Shown here in pieces: positions 49,916 through 61,122 of a DNA stretch of 64,000 bases. Positions within the stretch are counted from its first letter, which is position 1. Every line of letters starts with the position of its first letter. The position numbers and the translations under genes are program-made. Source of the DNA: Candidatus Bathyarchaeota archaeon (GTDB lineage Archaea > Thermoproteota > Bathyarchaeia > Bathyarchaeales > Bathyarchaeaceae). The notes under the pieces are model-generated. The model searched no databases and was not told where the DNA came from. It saw only the letters and a list, made by a program, of their open reading frames with translations. Where the stretch lies: the NCBI GenBank assembly GCA_963697165.1, contig CAVOMX010000011.1:64001-128000 (forward strand). Direction: 5' to 3'.

Positions 49916-51612
49916 CAGCTATCCTTCAATCCTTTACCCGGTGGAACCATCGGAAACACATCATCCTCAGGGGAAATAGGAACATCAATGACCGTGGTCA
50001 CTTCTGTCTTTAAGGCTTTTTTCACAGCATCAGCGAACTCATTTAATGAACCAATCCGAATTCCCTCGGCGCCATATGCCTGAGCCAACTTGGCGAAATC
50101 AGGAACGCTTCCCAGCTTCACAGCAGCGTATCTTCCCTTATAGAAAAGACGTTGCCACTGAGCTACCATACCAAGCATAGAATTGTTTAGCACAATCACT
50201 ATTACAGGTATATCCTCAGTAACTGAAGTTCCAAGCTCCTGCTCGGTCATTCTGAAGCTTCCATCTCCCGCTATATCAACGACTGGACAGGAAGGACATG
50301 CTACTTTAGCTCCGATAGCCGCAGGAAAACCGAAACCCATAGTTCCTAGCCCTCCTGAACTGATGAATGTCCTAGGCTTGATTGTCTGGAAGTGAAGAGC
50401 CGCCCACATCTGATTCTGACCAACCTCAGTAGCTATGATGGCGTTCTCTGGAAGAAGCTTTCGAAGCTCTTTTAGCAGTTTTGGAGCCGTCAAGTCACCT
50501 TTGCCAAGATCCATCTCACTAAGAAACTTCTCCTTGACTTCTTTTATTCTGTTAACCCATAGATTGTTCTCTTTCTTCTTTATTCTATGAACTAGCTGCT
50601 GGCGAATCAGTCTAAGTGTCGGTTTTGCGTCAGCAACAATCGGCACTTCAACACCAACGTTCTTTCCTATCTCCGCAGCATCTATGTCAATCTGTATTAT
50701 CTTTGCATCGGGACAGAAATCATCCAAAGTTCCTGTGCTTCTGTCCTGGAATCTTGTTCCAACCGCCACCAAAACATCAGCTTCCAAAATCATCTTGTTT
50801 GCCAATCGGGTCCCGTGCATTCCAATGTTTCCCATGGATAATGGATGATTTTCGGGGAAACAACTTTTTCCCATGAATGTTGTCGCCACGGGGATCATCA
50901 AAAGTTCAGCAAGCTGCAAAAGCTCAGGGGAAGCATTCGAAAGATTCACACCCCCTCCTGCCAATATCATGGGACGCTCTGCCTTTAGGAGCAGTTGAAC
51001 AGCCTTTTTAATCTGAAGTGGATGTGGCTCAGTATTGGGTTTGTAGCCTCGAATCTGCAGATTGCCTGAAAAGTCCATTTCTACTTTTTCAGTTTGAGTG
51101 TTCTTTGGAATGTCAATCAAAGCTGGTCCAGGTCTGCCTGTTGTGGCAATATGAAAAGTCATCCGTACCGCCTTAGGAATCTCTGCTGCGCTCTTCACTT
51201 GGACATTATACTTGGTGATTGGTGTAGTTATTCCTATAATGTCTGCTTCCTGGAATGCGTCCCGCCCAATCATGTAAGATGTATTAGCTGAATATGTGGG
51301 TACCTGACCTGTGAGTGCAATAACTGGTGAAGAATCCAAGTATGCATTTGCTAATCCCGTAACAATATTTGTGGCCCCGGGACCGGAAGTAGCCATAACT
51401 ACTCCGGCTCGACCGCTTGCTCGGGCGTAGCCGTCTGCCGCGTGCGCTGCGCCTTGTTCATGACGAGCAAGGATATGCCTTATTTCGGAATTGTATAGAA
51501 CTTCGTGGATGGGCAGGAGTGCTCCTCCGGATATGCCAAAGATCACTTCTACCTTTTCTCGTTTTAAAGACTCTATAAGAGCTTGTGCTCCCGTCATTTT
51601 TGCCATTTTCAT
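49903..51612 (-). CDS. ilvB: Acetolactate synthase large subunit
   Basis: RHEQGA, TSGPGATN, GQNQMW, SGGLGTMG, GDGSF...NN. Confidence 0.97.
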   Translation of the reverse strand: MKMAKMTGAQALIESLKREKVEVIFGISGGALLPIHEVLYNSEIRHILARHEQGAAHAADGYARASGRAGVVMATSGPGATNIVTGLANAYLDSSPVIALTGQVPTYSANTSYMIGRDAFQEADIIGITTPITKYNVQVKSAAEIPKAVRMTFHIATTGRPGPALIDIPKNTQTEKVEMDFSGNLQIRGYKPNTEPHPLQIKKAVQLLLKAERPMILAGGGVNLSNASPELLQLAELLMIPVATTFMGKSCFPENHPLSMGNIGMHGTRLANKMILEADVLVAVGTRFQDRSTGTLDDFCPDAKIIQIDIDAAEIGKNVGVEVPIVADAKPTLRLIRQQLVHRIKKKENNLWVNRIKEVKEKFLSEMDLGKGDLTAPKLLKELRKLLPENAIIATEVGQNQMWAALHFQTIKPRTFISSGGLGTMGFGFPAAIGAKVACPSCPVVDIAGDGSFRMTEQELGTSVTEDIPVIVIVLNNSMLGMVAQWQRLFYKGRYAAVKLGSVPDFAKLAQAYGAEGIRIGSLNEFADAVKKALKTEVTTVIDVPISPEDDVFPMVPPGKGLKDSCWGC

Positions 51613-51622
51613 AGTTCCTCCT

Positions 51623-53134
51623 TTACTTTTTTTGATTGTTATAGTTGCTCATCAGCACGTTCATGCCGCTGAGCATTGCCTCGACGCTTGCTATGACTAT
51701 GTCCTCGTTAACTCCAACCGCCGTGGATTTTTTGTCTCCTTTGCTGAGGCTCACAGCCACCTCGGTTACGGCGTTGGTGCCTCCCGTGATAGCCTTGACA
51801 GAATAGTTTTCCAGCTGTATCGGCTCAACGATTCCAACCGCCTTTTTTATTGCATTAATAGCGGCGTCTACTGGACCTACTCCAGTAGCTGCTTCAGTGA
51901 GCATGTTACCGTTGACGTTCAATCGCACAGAAGCCGTTGAAGTTATTCTGCTACCTGTGACAACTGTTATTTCCTCAAGTTTTATTGGACGAATCGTAGG
52001 CAAACCCATAACGGCTTCAGCGATTGCCTGCAGGTCAGCGTCAGCAACCCGTTTTCCTTTATCTCCAAGGCTCTTCACGTGCAGAAAGATTTCTTTCAGT
52101 TGCGCATCGTTGGGTTCAAGTCCCATTTCGTTTAGAGATGCCCTGATTCCTGTTGAGCCAGAATGCTTTCCCGCCGCTATTCTTCTTGTTCTCCCAATCA
52201 TTTCAGGCTTGAAAGGCTCGTAGGTTGATGGATTAGCCAGTATTCCGTGAGTGTGCATTCCCGACTCATGAACAAAGGCGTTCTCGCCTACAATTGACTT
52301 GTTTGGCTGTAACGGAAAATCGGTTATCCGCGAAACCAAACGGGACATCTCGTAAAGCAACTCAGTTTTTATCGCCAAGTTCACATTATATTGCACTTTG
52401 AGGACAACAGCCAGCTCCTCTAAGGAAGCGTTTCCTGCTCGCTCTCCAAGACCATTCATTGTCACGTGGGCTTGATCTGCCCCAGACTTCAACGCAACTA
52501 TCGAATTCGCTAATGCTAAACCAAAGTCGTCGTGACAGTGGACGCTCAACGGAACATTCTTGAACCTTTTCTTCAGTTCCACATATAGTTCACTGGTTCT
52601 TTCAGGAATCAGAACTCCAACAGTGTCACATGGGCATAATCGGTCTGCGCCCGCAGCAACTCCTGCCTTGAACATTTGGGTAAGAAAATCGAGGTCACTC
52701 CTCGTAGCGTCCTCAGCTGACAACTCAACTGTGAGTCCATGATCCTTAGCGTACTGGGTGGTGTCCGCCGTGATTTCCAAAATTTCTTCTCGGCTCTTCT
52801 TCAATTTGTATTGGAGATGCAAATCTGATGAAGGAATAACCAAATGCACTCCCATAGCGCCGGTTTTCAGTATGGCGTCTATGTCATTTTTTACGCCCCT
52901 GGCCATGCTGTAGACTTCTGCCCTGAGTCCTGCATCGGCAATGAGTTTTATCGCTTCCATTTCGCCTTCAGAAGCCGCGGCGAAACCAGCCTCCATGGCA
53001 TCAACCCCGAGCTGGTCTAAGTTTTCAGCAATTCTAAGTTTCTTTTCGGGGGTTAAAGAAACTCCAGGTGTCTGTTCGCCGTCTCTGAGGGTGGTGTCAA
53101 AAACTCTTATCTTTTTGGGGAAGCTAGACGATAA
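51623..53134 (-). CDS. cimA: (R)-citramalate synthase (LeuA/CimA family); start codon unclear
   Basis: Frame extends upstream of the listed ORF through DTTLRDGEQTPGVSLT; HLVIPSS.LH, ELSAEDATRSD and CDTVG resemble methanogen CimA; C-terminal regulatory domain GPVDA. Confidence 0.8.
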   Translation of the reverse strand, partial: LSSSFPKKIRVFDTTLRDGEQTPGVSLTPEKKLRIAENLDQLGVDAMEAGFAAASEGEMEAIKLIADAGLRAEVYSMARGVKNDIDAILKTGAMGVHLVIPSSDLHLQYKLKKSREEILEITADTTQYAKDHGLTVELSAEDATRSDLDFLTQMFKAGVAAGADRLCPCDTVGVLIPERTSELYVELKKRFKNVPLSVHCHDDFGLALANSIVALKSGADQAHVTMNGLGERAGNASLEELAVVLKVQYNVNLAIKTELLYEMSRLVSRITDFPLQPNKSIVGENAFVHESGMHTHGILANPSTYEPFKPEMIGRTRRIAAGKHSGSTGIRASLNEMGLEPNDAQLKEIFLHVKSLGDKGKRVADADLQAIAEAVMGLPTIRPIKLEEITVVTGSRITSTASVRLNVNGNMLTEAATGVGPVDAAINAIKKAVGIVEPIQLENYSVKAITGGTNAVTEVAVSLSKGDKKSTAVGVNEDIVIASVEAMLSGMNVLMSNYNNQKK

Positions 53135-53286
53135 AGCGATCCCCCATTTTATGTCCCTCGAGAACCCAATTATCCCTCACGATTCATTCCTCGTTTCATC
53201 TCAACAACTTAAGCATTAATATAAAAGTTTTTCTGTGTCGCCCAACTTCTCTTTCACGTTAACTATTTCATTGATGTCTGACAAAA

Positions 53287-53450
53287 TTGCCTAAGGTCTT
53301 TTGGGAAACACACAGCGCTCTCCCAAAAGAAGGACCGGGTGATAACGAGCCAACAAAGAAAACATACCTGATGCTCGAAGGCTTGCCAGAAAATCCGCGA
53401 TTACTGGACATTTGTTCGAGTCCGGGTGTGCAGACAATCGAGTCTTTTCT
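53287..53450 (+). pseudogene. N-terminal fragment of a class I SAM-dependent methyltransferase
   Basis: FWETHSALPKEGPGDN...LPENPRLLDICSSPGVQT (decayed LDxGCGPG), then truncated. Confidence 0.65.
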
Positions 53451-53551
53451 TTCTTTTAATTACCAACGCTCGTATTAACTCCACACGCATGCGCACACGC
53501 AAGAATTTAAAAGCAATATGTCCTAAATTGCTATTCTGGGGAACAATAGAA

Positions 53552-53833
53552 ATGAAATTTAGTGATTTGATTGATGAAGATGTTTTTGCTCAAGGCGTAA
53601 AAATTGGGGAAGTAAAAGACATGTATATTGATCCTCAGGAATGGGAAATAACCCATCTTGAGATTCAGTTGACAAAAGAAGCAGCTTTTGAAATACTGGG
53701 AGCAAGAACAGCAATTCGAAATAGTTTATCGATATCAGCTCTAAAAAAAGGAACCGCTTGTTGCACAGATAATGGGATAGAACTAAAACTCTCACTAGCA
53801 CAACTACACATCTACTTAAGGCCTCCAGAATAA
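53552..53833 (+). CDS. PRC-barrel domain protein
   Basis: SDLI...V...G.KIGEVKD..ID...W.ITHL. Confidence 0.8.
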   Translation: MKFSDLIDEDVFAQGVKIGEVKDMYIDPQEWEITHLEIQLTKEAAFEILGARTAIRNSLSISALKKGTACCTDNGIELKLSLAQLHIYLRPPE

Positions 53834-54477
53834 CTCGGACACAAAAAACCCACACACGCACGGATTGTAGCTTAAAGAGAATAATGAAAGTTAAGCTAGA
53901 AACTCCTAATTTCTCCCTGTTCTATACGCGTATTAGTTGGCTGTTCCTTGTTTGCTAATATCTGAGATAATCTTAATATGCTCCAGAAAAATTGTTATTG
54001 TTTTTGGGTAGTGCTTGAAATGGATCTAGTTCAATTCGCTATTGGTTTGATTATGATTCTGATTGTGAATAGCGATAATAATTAGTCCAGAACTTGCTAC
54101 AATTATTGCTGCTGTAATCGTGATTTTGTGAGCATTAGGAGTTTATGATGCAGTTTACGGAACAAAGAACTAATCTTTTTTCTACTAGATCAACAAAAAA
54201 GGCGCAAAGGAAACGTGCTTGGCTTATTTTATTCAGAAATCAGAATTAACTTTTCTACTTTCAAGGAAACATGAAAACGATAACAACAAGAGAATACATC
54301 GAAAAAACCATTACAAAACAAGAAAAACAGCTAAAAAACAATTAATAGCAAAAAAGCATCAAGAAAAAACGGAAAAAAGTTGAATTTTAACTCCTAAACA
54401 CATGTATTCTCTGATTTTTCAGAGATTTTTTGCAAAAAACCTATTTACCATCATCTCTTAAATGGATAATGATAATT

Positions 54478-54918
54478 ATGCTGAGTATTGGGCTAGGACA
54501 TCCTAGGTTCCTTCATACAGACCTGAACTTTTTGACACAAGTTATAACTTTATTGATAATTTTTCTAAGTCTCTACTACAAGAAAAAAGGCAAAATAAAA
54601 CTACACGGAACAACTATGGGACTCGCAGTAATTCTACACGCCCTTACTTTCGTTTTGGTGATGGGCCCTATATTTTTCCAGAATTTCGAGTTCTTTTCAA
54701 CCGAAACTAGTTTAGCGTTGGTTCAAACTATTTGGTTACATGCAGTTCCAGGAGCTATCGCTCTAATATTGGGAATATTCCTTGTTGCAATATGGGCTGT
54801 ACAATCTTCAAAAGTTTCTGCTTGTTATTCACGGAAAAGAATTATGGATGTAACGCTACTGCTTTGGGTATTTTCATTAGTGTTTGGAATAGCTACTTAC
54901 GTACTATTCTATTTCTGA
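54478..54918 (+). CDS. Four-TM membrane protein (DUF420-like)
   Basis: Four TM helices with His residues (LHG, LHA, WLHA). Confidence 0.7.
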   Translation: MLSIGLGHPRFLHTDLNFLTQVITLLIIFLSLYYKKKGKIKLHGTTMGLAVILHALTFVLVMGPIFFQNFEFFSTETSLALVQTIWLHAVPGAIALILGIFLVAIWAVQSSKVSACYSRKRIMDVTLLLWVFSLVFGIATYVLFYF

Positions 54919-55017
54919 TGTTGTCAAGTACCTTCAGACTCTTCAGCTGTTGTTTGGTAAAAAGATTTAACAGAATCAACTATTCTATTTGTTTAATCAC
55001 TTACAGAGGGACAGAAC

Positions 55018-56676
55018 TTGAGAAGCGACGCAATAAAAGTTGGGTTTCAAAGGGCTCCTCACCGTGCCCTATTAAAGGCTCTTGGACTTGCAGACGATGA
55101 TATGAGCAAACCATTCATTGGCGTAGTGAATAGTTACACAAATGTGGTTCCTGGACACGCCCATCTAAATCAGGTTGCTGCAGCAGTGAAGGCAGGCATA
55201 ATTAGCGCCGGCGGTGTTCCCTTCGAATTTAATACTATAGGGATCTGTGATGGAATAGCAATGGGTCACAGCGGAATGCGGTATTCTTTGCCCTCTCGGG
55301 AACTGATTGCCGACTCTGTTGAGGCTATGGTTGAAGCTCACAGATTTGACGGCATAGTTCTGATCAGCACATGTGATAAGATAACTCCCGGAATGCTGAT
55401 GGCAGCGGCTAGACTCAACATCCCGGCAATAATGGTAACTGGGGGTCCAATGCTTTCGGGAATCTATAATGGAAAGAAAGTGGGAACTGATTCAATGTTT
55501 GAGGCAATTGGCAAAGTTGCAGCAGGCACAATGGATGAGAAAGAATTGAAGTGCCTTGAGGATGTTGCGTGTCCTACTTGCGGGTCGTGCAACGGAATGT
55601 TTACTGCAAATACTATGGCCTGTGTAACTGAGGCTCTTGGCATGTCCTTGCCTGGGTGTGCTACTCCGCCTGCTGTAAGCGCTGAAAGGATGAGAATTGC
55701 AAAGGCAACAGGAAAAAGAGTTGTTGGATTAGTAAATGAGGGCTTGAAGCCCAGAGACATTTTATCTTCTGACTCTTTTGAGAATGCTATTATGGTGGAT
55801 ATGGCTCTTGGAGGCTCAACTAATACTGTGTTGCATGTTACGGCTATTGCAAATGAAGCCGAAATTGATTTGCCCTTATCTCTCTTTGATAAGCTGAGTA
55901 AACGTGTTCCCCATCTGTGCAGCATGATTCCAAGTGGACCCTACGATATGCAAGACTTGGATGAGGCAGGAGGAATCCCAGCAGTGATGAAACAACTCAG
56001 CGGCGCACTTCATCTAAATGCAATAACTGTAACAGGAAAAGCCGTCAAAGAAAACATTGCGTCTGCTGTTGTTTGTAACCCTGAATTGATTCGCCCATTT
56101 GGTAATCCGGTTCATCATGAAGGTGGAATAGCCATTTTGAAGGGAAACTTGGCTACTGATGGAGCCGTGGTTAAGGCTGCGGGTATATCAGCCAACATGA
56201 TGGTCCACCAAGGTCCTGCTAAAATCTTCGATTCTGAAGAGGCTGCAATGAATGCCATACTGAACAAAAAAATTCAGAAAGGCGACATAGTGGCCATCCG
56301 CTACGAAGGACCAAAAGGAGGACCAGGAATGCGCGAGATGCTCTCTCCTACCGCTACCATCGCAGGGATGGGCTTAAGCGAGTCCGTTGCCCTAATTACT
56401 GACGGAAGATTTTCCGGAGCAACCAGAGGACCATGCATTGGACACGTATCGCCTGAGGCTGCTGTCGGCGGAACCATAGGCCTACTGAAAGATGGCGACA
56501 TAATAGAAATTGATGTTCCGAAAAGAAAACTGAGTGTGAAACTGAGCGATGAAGAACTGGCTAAACGTGCAAAGTCTTGGACTCCAAAAGAACCGAACGT
56601 TAATAGCGGCTACCTTGCACGATATTCTCAGCTTGTTCAGTCTGCACACAAGGGAGCTATCCTGAAACAGGACTAA
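55018..56676 (+). CDS. ilvD: Dihydroxy-acid dehydratase
   Basis: [43 protein letters not shown]. Confidence 0.98.
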   Translation: MRSDAIKVGFQRAPHRALLKALGLADDDMSKPFIGVVNSYTNVVPGHAHLNQVAAAVKAGIISAGGVPFEFNTIGICDGIAMGHSGMRYSLPSRELIADSVEAMVEAHRFDGIVLISTCDKITPGMLMAAARLNIPAIMVTGGPMLSGIYNGKKVGTDSMFEAIGKVAAGTMDEKELKCLEDVACPTCGSCNGMFTANTMACVTEALGMSLPGCATPPAVSAERMRIAKATGKRVVGLVNEGLKPRDILSSDSFENAIMVDMALGGSTNTVLHVTAIANEAEIDLPLSLFDKLSKRVPHLCSMIPSGPYDMQDLDEAGGIPAVMKQLSGALHLNAITVTGKAVKENIASAVVCNPELIRPFGNPVHHEGGIAILKGNLATDGAVVKAAGISANMMVHQGPAKIFDSEEAAMNAILNKKIQKGDIVAIRYEGPKGGPGMREMLSPTATIAGMGLSESVALITDGRFSGATRGPCIGHVSPEAAVGGTIGLLKDGDIIEIDVPKRKLSVKLSDEELAKRAKSWTPKEPNVNSGYLARYSQLVQSAHKGAILKQD

Positions 56677-56726
56677 TCCTGTTTTCCTTTTTAAGCCAAA
56701 ACGGGTCAACTGTTTGCGTGTTTGGT

Positions 56727-57911
56727 CTATTCAATTATGTTGTGGTACCAGTTTAGTATGTACTCTGGCAGAATGAGGCCTTTCACGCTTAATTTTTCCG
56801 TCAATAAGATGGGTAGGCAACTCAGTACATAGGCTGCTCTCATGTAGAACCTTCTTGGTTTTCCCTGTTCAACTACCTCTTCAAGTAGAATCTTCAGGTC
56901 TGAATTCAGGTCTAGAGCTGTTCCTTCGCGTCCAATAACCGAGAAGACAGTTCCACCCAAGCCCCTAAACCTGTTACACCAGCCAACAACAGGCTTTGTT
57001 CTTCCTGAGTATGATATCAGAATTTCTAGGTCTCCAGCTCGTGGATGAGGCGTGTTTACTCCTCGGGCAATGTAAACGTTGTCTCCCAGAAACTTTTTGA
57101 TGTGAAACAGCCGCACAGCAGTCATTTTGGCTACTTCTTCGGCGGTTCCTCTTCCACCCAAGAAAACGTCACTGCGTCTTTCAAGAAAAACTAGTGCTGC
57201 CTCTATTGCTTCAGAATGAAGTGCGTTCTCGGTGATGGACATCAAAACTGGGGCTTCTTCAGCTATGAGCTCAATGACTCGCTCCACGGAGCTGTCTTCG
57301 GATAACGCTTCGGTAATCATCTGTAGCAAAAACAAGCTGCCAAGCTCAAAGATGTCTCCCATTATTCCTGTTTCGCTGTATATATCAGCTGAGGGCAACT
57401 GTTTCTTTTCTCTGCCCTCGACCACAACCACATGACCGTGTCGCTGAACAATTTTTGCGATTGAAGAGTTGGCGTTGGATGTTATTAGCCCCATAGAAAA
57501 ATTGGGGCTGCCAGTCTCTTCTAAATATTTTTCCAACTCTTCAGCAAGGTGCCTGGGGTCATCGGATTCTCCGCTTCCAGAACTGATTAGAAGAACAATT
57601 TTCCGATGTCTTTTTTCAAGTTCTGCGGCTGCGTCATACATTCCTCTTCCCGGAAAACCAACATCTTCCCGGGTGATAATCACTTTGGGCTCCTTCATCA
57701 TGGCTATTTGACTCATTGCCATGTTCAAAGAATGGAGGGATCTTCCTGAACCGCCACATACGATGCAATCGGCGGCTCTCAATTCTTCGTACAATGGGAG
57801 CAGTCGTTTATTAGTTATTTTTAGAAGATTTTTGGCGATTCGTTCGACATACTCTACTCCAGAAATTTTTTGGCTAATCTTCATCACCAACCATAGAACA
57901 ATATGTGCCAT
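56727..57911 (-). CDS. Tandem SIS-domain sugar-phosphate isomerase-like protein
   Basis: GSGRS...ISSGSGES and GRGTA...ISYSGRT motifs; MGDIFE. Confidence 0.7.
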   Translation of the reverse strand: MAHIVLWLVMKISQKISGVEYVERIAKNLLKITNKRLLPLYEELRAADCIVCGGSGRSLHSLNMAMSQIAMMKEPKVIITREDVGFPGRGMYDAAAELEKRHRKIVLLISSGSGESDDPRHLAEELEKYLEETGSPNFSMGLITSNANSSIAKIVQRHGHVVVVEGREKKQLPSADIYSETGIMGDIFELGSLFLLQMITEALSEDSSVERVIELIAEEAPVLMSITENALHSEAIEAALVFLERRSDVFLGGRGTAEEVAKMTAVRLFHIKKFLGDNVYIARGVNTPHPRAGDLEILISYSGRTKPVVGWCNRFRGLGGTVFSVIGREGTALDLNSDLKILLEEVVEQGKPRRFYMRAAYVLSCLPILLTEKLSVKGLILPEYILNWYHNIIE

Positions 57912-58017
57912 GAACTGTTACAGTTCCTTAAACCTACCGAGGACGTGCAAGAAAGTTATTGATCATCATCTAATAACTTTTATCCACGAGACAAACTATC
58001 TGCTTGAAGTTGTTGTT

Positions 58018-59046
58018 TTAGGGTGAAGTCTCTTTGAAAGCAGTGGTTGCAACTTCTGTTACTGGTTTTCCGTCTTTATAGGAGCACTGTATTCCAAATT
58101 TTCTAACCGCTTCTACGCATAACGCTGGATCACATAGGGATGTGCTTAGATATTTTTCTCCACCATCTGGAGCTATCGCCACTATCACTCCTTTGTCGAT
58201 CTCGCGTGCCTTCTTTGTGGCTATATGAAAAATGGCTCCTGAGCTCGGTCCAACAAACAGGCCTTCTTGAAGAGCTAAAAGCCTCGCCGATTCCTCAGCA
58301 TCCTTTGGAGAAGCCGTACGTATTTCATCTACTCGTTCAAGTTTCCAGATGGTTGGAACATACTGAGTCTTGAGGTTTTTTAGTCCTTGAATCTCACTGC
58401 CTATTTCTGGTTGAACAGCTATTATCTGAATGTCTGGATTAAGTTCTTTTAGTCTACGCGATACGCCCATTAATGTTCCACTTGTGCCTAAACCCGCCAC
58501 GAAATGTGTGATTTTGCCTTTGGTGTCTTTCCATATTTCTGCAGCAGTGGTTTCGTAGTGGGCAAGAACATTGGCTTGATTTGCAAACTGGTTGGGTACA
58601 AAGTATTTTTTCGGGTCCTGTTTGGATATCTCGTGGGCTAGGTCCTCGGCTCCGTCCATTCCTTTTTTTCCTTCGCTCAGGATAACTTTGGCGCCTAACG
58701 CTAACAGTATCTGGCGTCTTTCTCGTGTCATTGTGTCAGGCATTACGAGAGCTAGGTCATATCCTTTTACACGGCAAACTAGGGCAAGTCCGATGCCTGT
58801 GTTTCCGCTTGTGGGTTCGATGACGATCATTCCCTTTTTTAGTTGCCCACTCTTTTCTGCGTTTTCGATCATATATTTGGTTATACGGTCCTTGACTGAG
58901 CCGCCTGGGTTAAATTTTTCAAGTTTTATTAACATCTCGATGTTAGGGTTTGGGTTTAGATGGTTTATTCTTACCATTGGCGTGTTTCCGATGCATTCTA
59001 AGATGTTGTTTGCGATCATTTGTTTCACCATTGGGTTTTGCCTCAT
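58018..59046 (-). CDS. PLP-dependent cysteine synthase family protein (CysK/CysM-like)
   Basis: KLEKFNPGGSVKDR, PTSGNTG, NQF.N, GLGTSGT, PDGGEKYLS. Confidence 0.93.
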   Translation of the reverse strand: MRQNPMVKQMIANNILECIGNTPMVRINHLNPNPNIEMLIKLEKFNPGGSVKDRITKYMIENAEKSGQLKKGMIVIEPTSGNTGIGLALVCRVKGYDLALVMPDTMTRERRQILLALGAKVILSEGKKGMDGAEDLAHEISKQDPKKYFVPNQFANQANVLAHYETTAAEIWKDTKGKITHFVAGLGTSGTLMGVSRRLKELNPDIQIIAVQPEIGSEIQGLKNLKTQYVPTIWKLERVDEIRTASPKDAEESARLLALQEGLFVGPSSGAIFHIATKKAREIDKGVIVAIAPDGGEKYLSTSLCDPALCVEAVRKFGIQCSYKDGKPVTEVATTAFKETSP

Positions 59047-59187
59047 GTTTCTATAACGCTGTTAAAAAGATTTTGTGGTTAACTAGAATATGGCCTATAT
59101 AAAATAGAGAATAACCAAAAAAGTAGAACAGAAGACTGGTTTACATAACGTTCTAATACCTCTAGGCGACTCCAATACGAGGTCACC

Positions 59188-60240
59188 ATGTGTTGTGCAT
59201 CTTCAGACGATTACTTTACTGACTCTGTTAAGGTGCAATCTTTTGAAGAAATTCAGATCATAGTTGAGTCGGAATTTGATGTGACCGAAAGTTATGTTGA
59301 GCATGGTGTCCCCACATTCCATGTGAATTATCGGGAGGACTCAAAGGAAGCTTTCCTGAAGCTTGTGAAACGTCTGGACTCTCTAGAGCTCATTCCACTT
59401 CTTAGGCAGAAAGACGAAAAAGTTGTTCTCCAAGTCTTGTCGAAGCCTCCCTCACAACCCAGCCGAAACATAGTAAATGTTGCATTGTTTTTTGCGACAC
59501 TGGGAACCGTTTTCATCTCCGGATACTATCAGTCTGCCGATATTTTAGGCGCCCTACTCTTTACTGGAGCGATAATGGCTATACTTGGTTCTCATGAGAT
59601 GGGACACAAGCTATTGGCAAACAAACACGACGTTGAAGCCACTTACCCATATTTTATTCCAGGTCTTCCACCTATTGGCACATTCGGAGCTCTCATCCGA
59701 CAGAAAGCTCTTCCCCCAAACAAGGACGCCCTCTTTGACATAGGCTTCACAGGACCAATAACAGGCTTCATAATCGCAGTTATAGTGACCATCATAGGAA
59801 TCCAGCTGTCTTCACTTGTTCCCGCAGACCCCAATTCATCATTACTTCCTGTGCCTCTCATGTTCCAGCTAATCGTAACGCTGTTTCCGCCCAACGGTGC
59901 AGGAGCACTTATACTGCTGCATCCTGTTGCCTTCGCAGGTTGGGTAGGCATGATCGTAACTATGCTAAATCTTGTTCCTTCAGGAATGTTTGATGGCGGT
60001 CACGTGGCTAGAGCCGTAATTGGGGGTAAAGCACACAAAATTGTTTCATACTTAGGTATCGCTTTGTTAGCTATCACCGGATGGTGGCCTATGGCTGTCC
60101 TTGCGCTCTTTTTCTCTTCAGCTAAACATCCCGGTCCTCTAGATGACGTGTCCAACTTAACAACAAGCAGAAAAAGTGGCGCCATCGTACTGGCTGTTGT
60201 CTTCATTCTGTCAGTGGTTCCAATTGGATTATCATTTTAA
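59188..60240 (+). CDS. Site-2 protease (peptidase M50)
   Basis: HEMGH, GP, NLVP...DGGH. Confidence 0.93.
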   Translation: MCCASSDDYFTDSVKVQSFEEIQIIVESEFDVTESYVEHGVPTFHVNYREDSKEAFLKLVKRLDSLELIPLLRQKDEKVVLQVLSKPPSQPSRNIVNVALFFATLGTVFISGYYQSADILGALLFTGAIMAILGSHEMGHKLLANKHDVEATYPYFIPGLPPIGTFGALIRQKALPPNKDALFDIGFTGPITGFIIAVIVTIIGIQLSSLVPADPNSSLLPVPLMFQLIVTLFPPNGAGALILLHPVAFAGWVGMIVTMLNLVPSGMFDGGHVARAVIGGKAHKIVSYLGIALLAITGWWPMAVLALFFSSAKHPGPLDDVSNLTTSRKSGAIVLAVVFILSVVPIGLSF

Positions 60241-60337
60241 GTATTAACCCTGAACATGCAACAGAGAGCAACCTCAAGACAAGACATGTTCTATTTCATT
60301 TTTTGAAAAACCTTTTTGGCGAAGAGCCTCAGTCCAT

Positions 60338-60969
60338 TCAGGTCAGGAAGATCGCCGAAAAACAGCATAAAATGTCGGCATGCTGAGCCGTCACCCTTAG
60401 TGTCAGTTTTTCTCCGCATCCCCCAATAACTATGGAGGGATGGGGCTTCTGCAAGGGCTTAGGTTCACAAACAGTGTCCCTTATACTGTAATATTTCCCG
60501 CTGTAGTTTGCTTTTTCTTCTGTCCACAGTTTTTTTATTATTTCTACTGCCTCATTCAAACGTTCTATCCTAGACTTTGGTGCTAGAAAAGGGAACCCGT
60601 AGGCGTAGTGTTCGTTCTTCTGGACTCCCGCTCCAATACCTAGCTCTAGCCGCCCATTTGATATGTTGTCAAGGGTTGCAGCCATTTTGGCGAGCAACGC
60701 GGGGTTCCTGAATGAGTTGCAGGTCACCATGTTACCCAATCTTATTGTTTCAGTTACTCGTGAGAGAGCTGAAAGGGTTGTCCAGCACTCAAGAATTGGC
60801 ATTTTGTTTAGCATCAAGTGGTCGTCCAGCCAAACCGAAGAGTATCCTAGCCTTTCACATTCTAGGACGGCATCTTGGATCTGATTAAACAACTGTGAGG
60901 CTCTTTTTCAGTTCTGAACGTGTAACAAGGAAAAAACACGCCAAACCTGATTTTATCTGGCACCTGCAT
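60338..60969 (-). pseudogene. Truncated LLM-class flavin/F420-dependent oxidoreductase
   Basis: IRFGVF start in another frame from ATG 60969; SVWLDDH, RNPALLAKMAATLD..SNGRL.LG.GAG; similarity stops after AQHAD. Confidence 0.75.
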
Positions 60970-61122
60970 CTCTCCTGTTGAATAAAACTTATTGTCCTGC
61001 CTTTGAAATGAGTTGTCGCCAAAAACTAATATATTTTAAGCATTTGTAAACAGGTCCTCGTGAAAATGCGTGACAACATCAGCAACGAACTATTGTAAGT
61101 TTCTTTGACGTTTGATTAGATT

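Noticed and set aside
54020..54173. Hydrophobic mini-ORF fragments
   Set aside because: Interrupted by stop codons, with no recognisable family.
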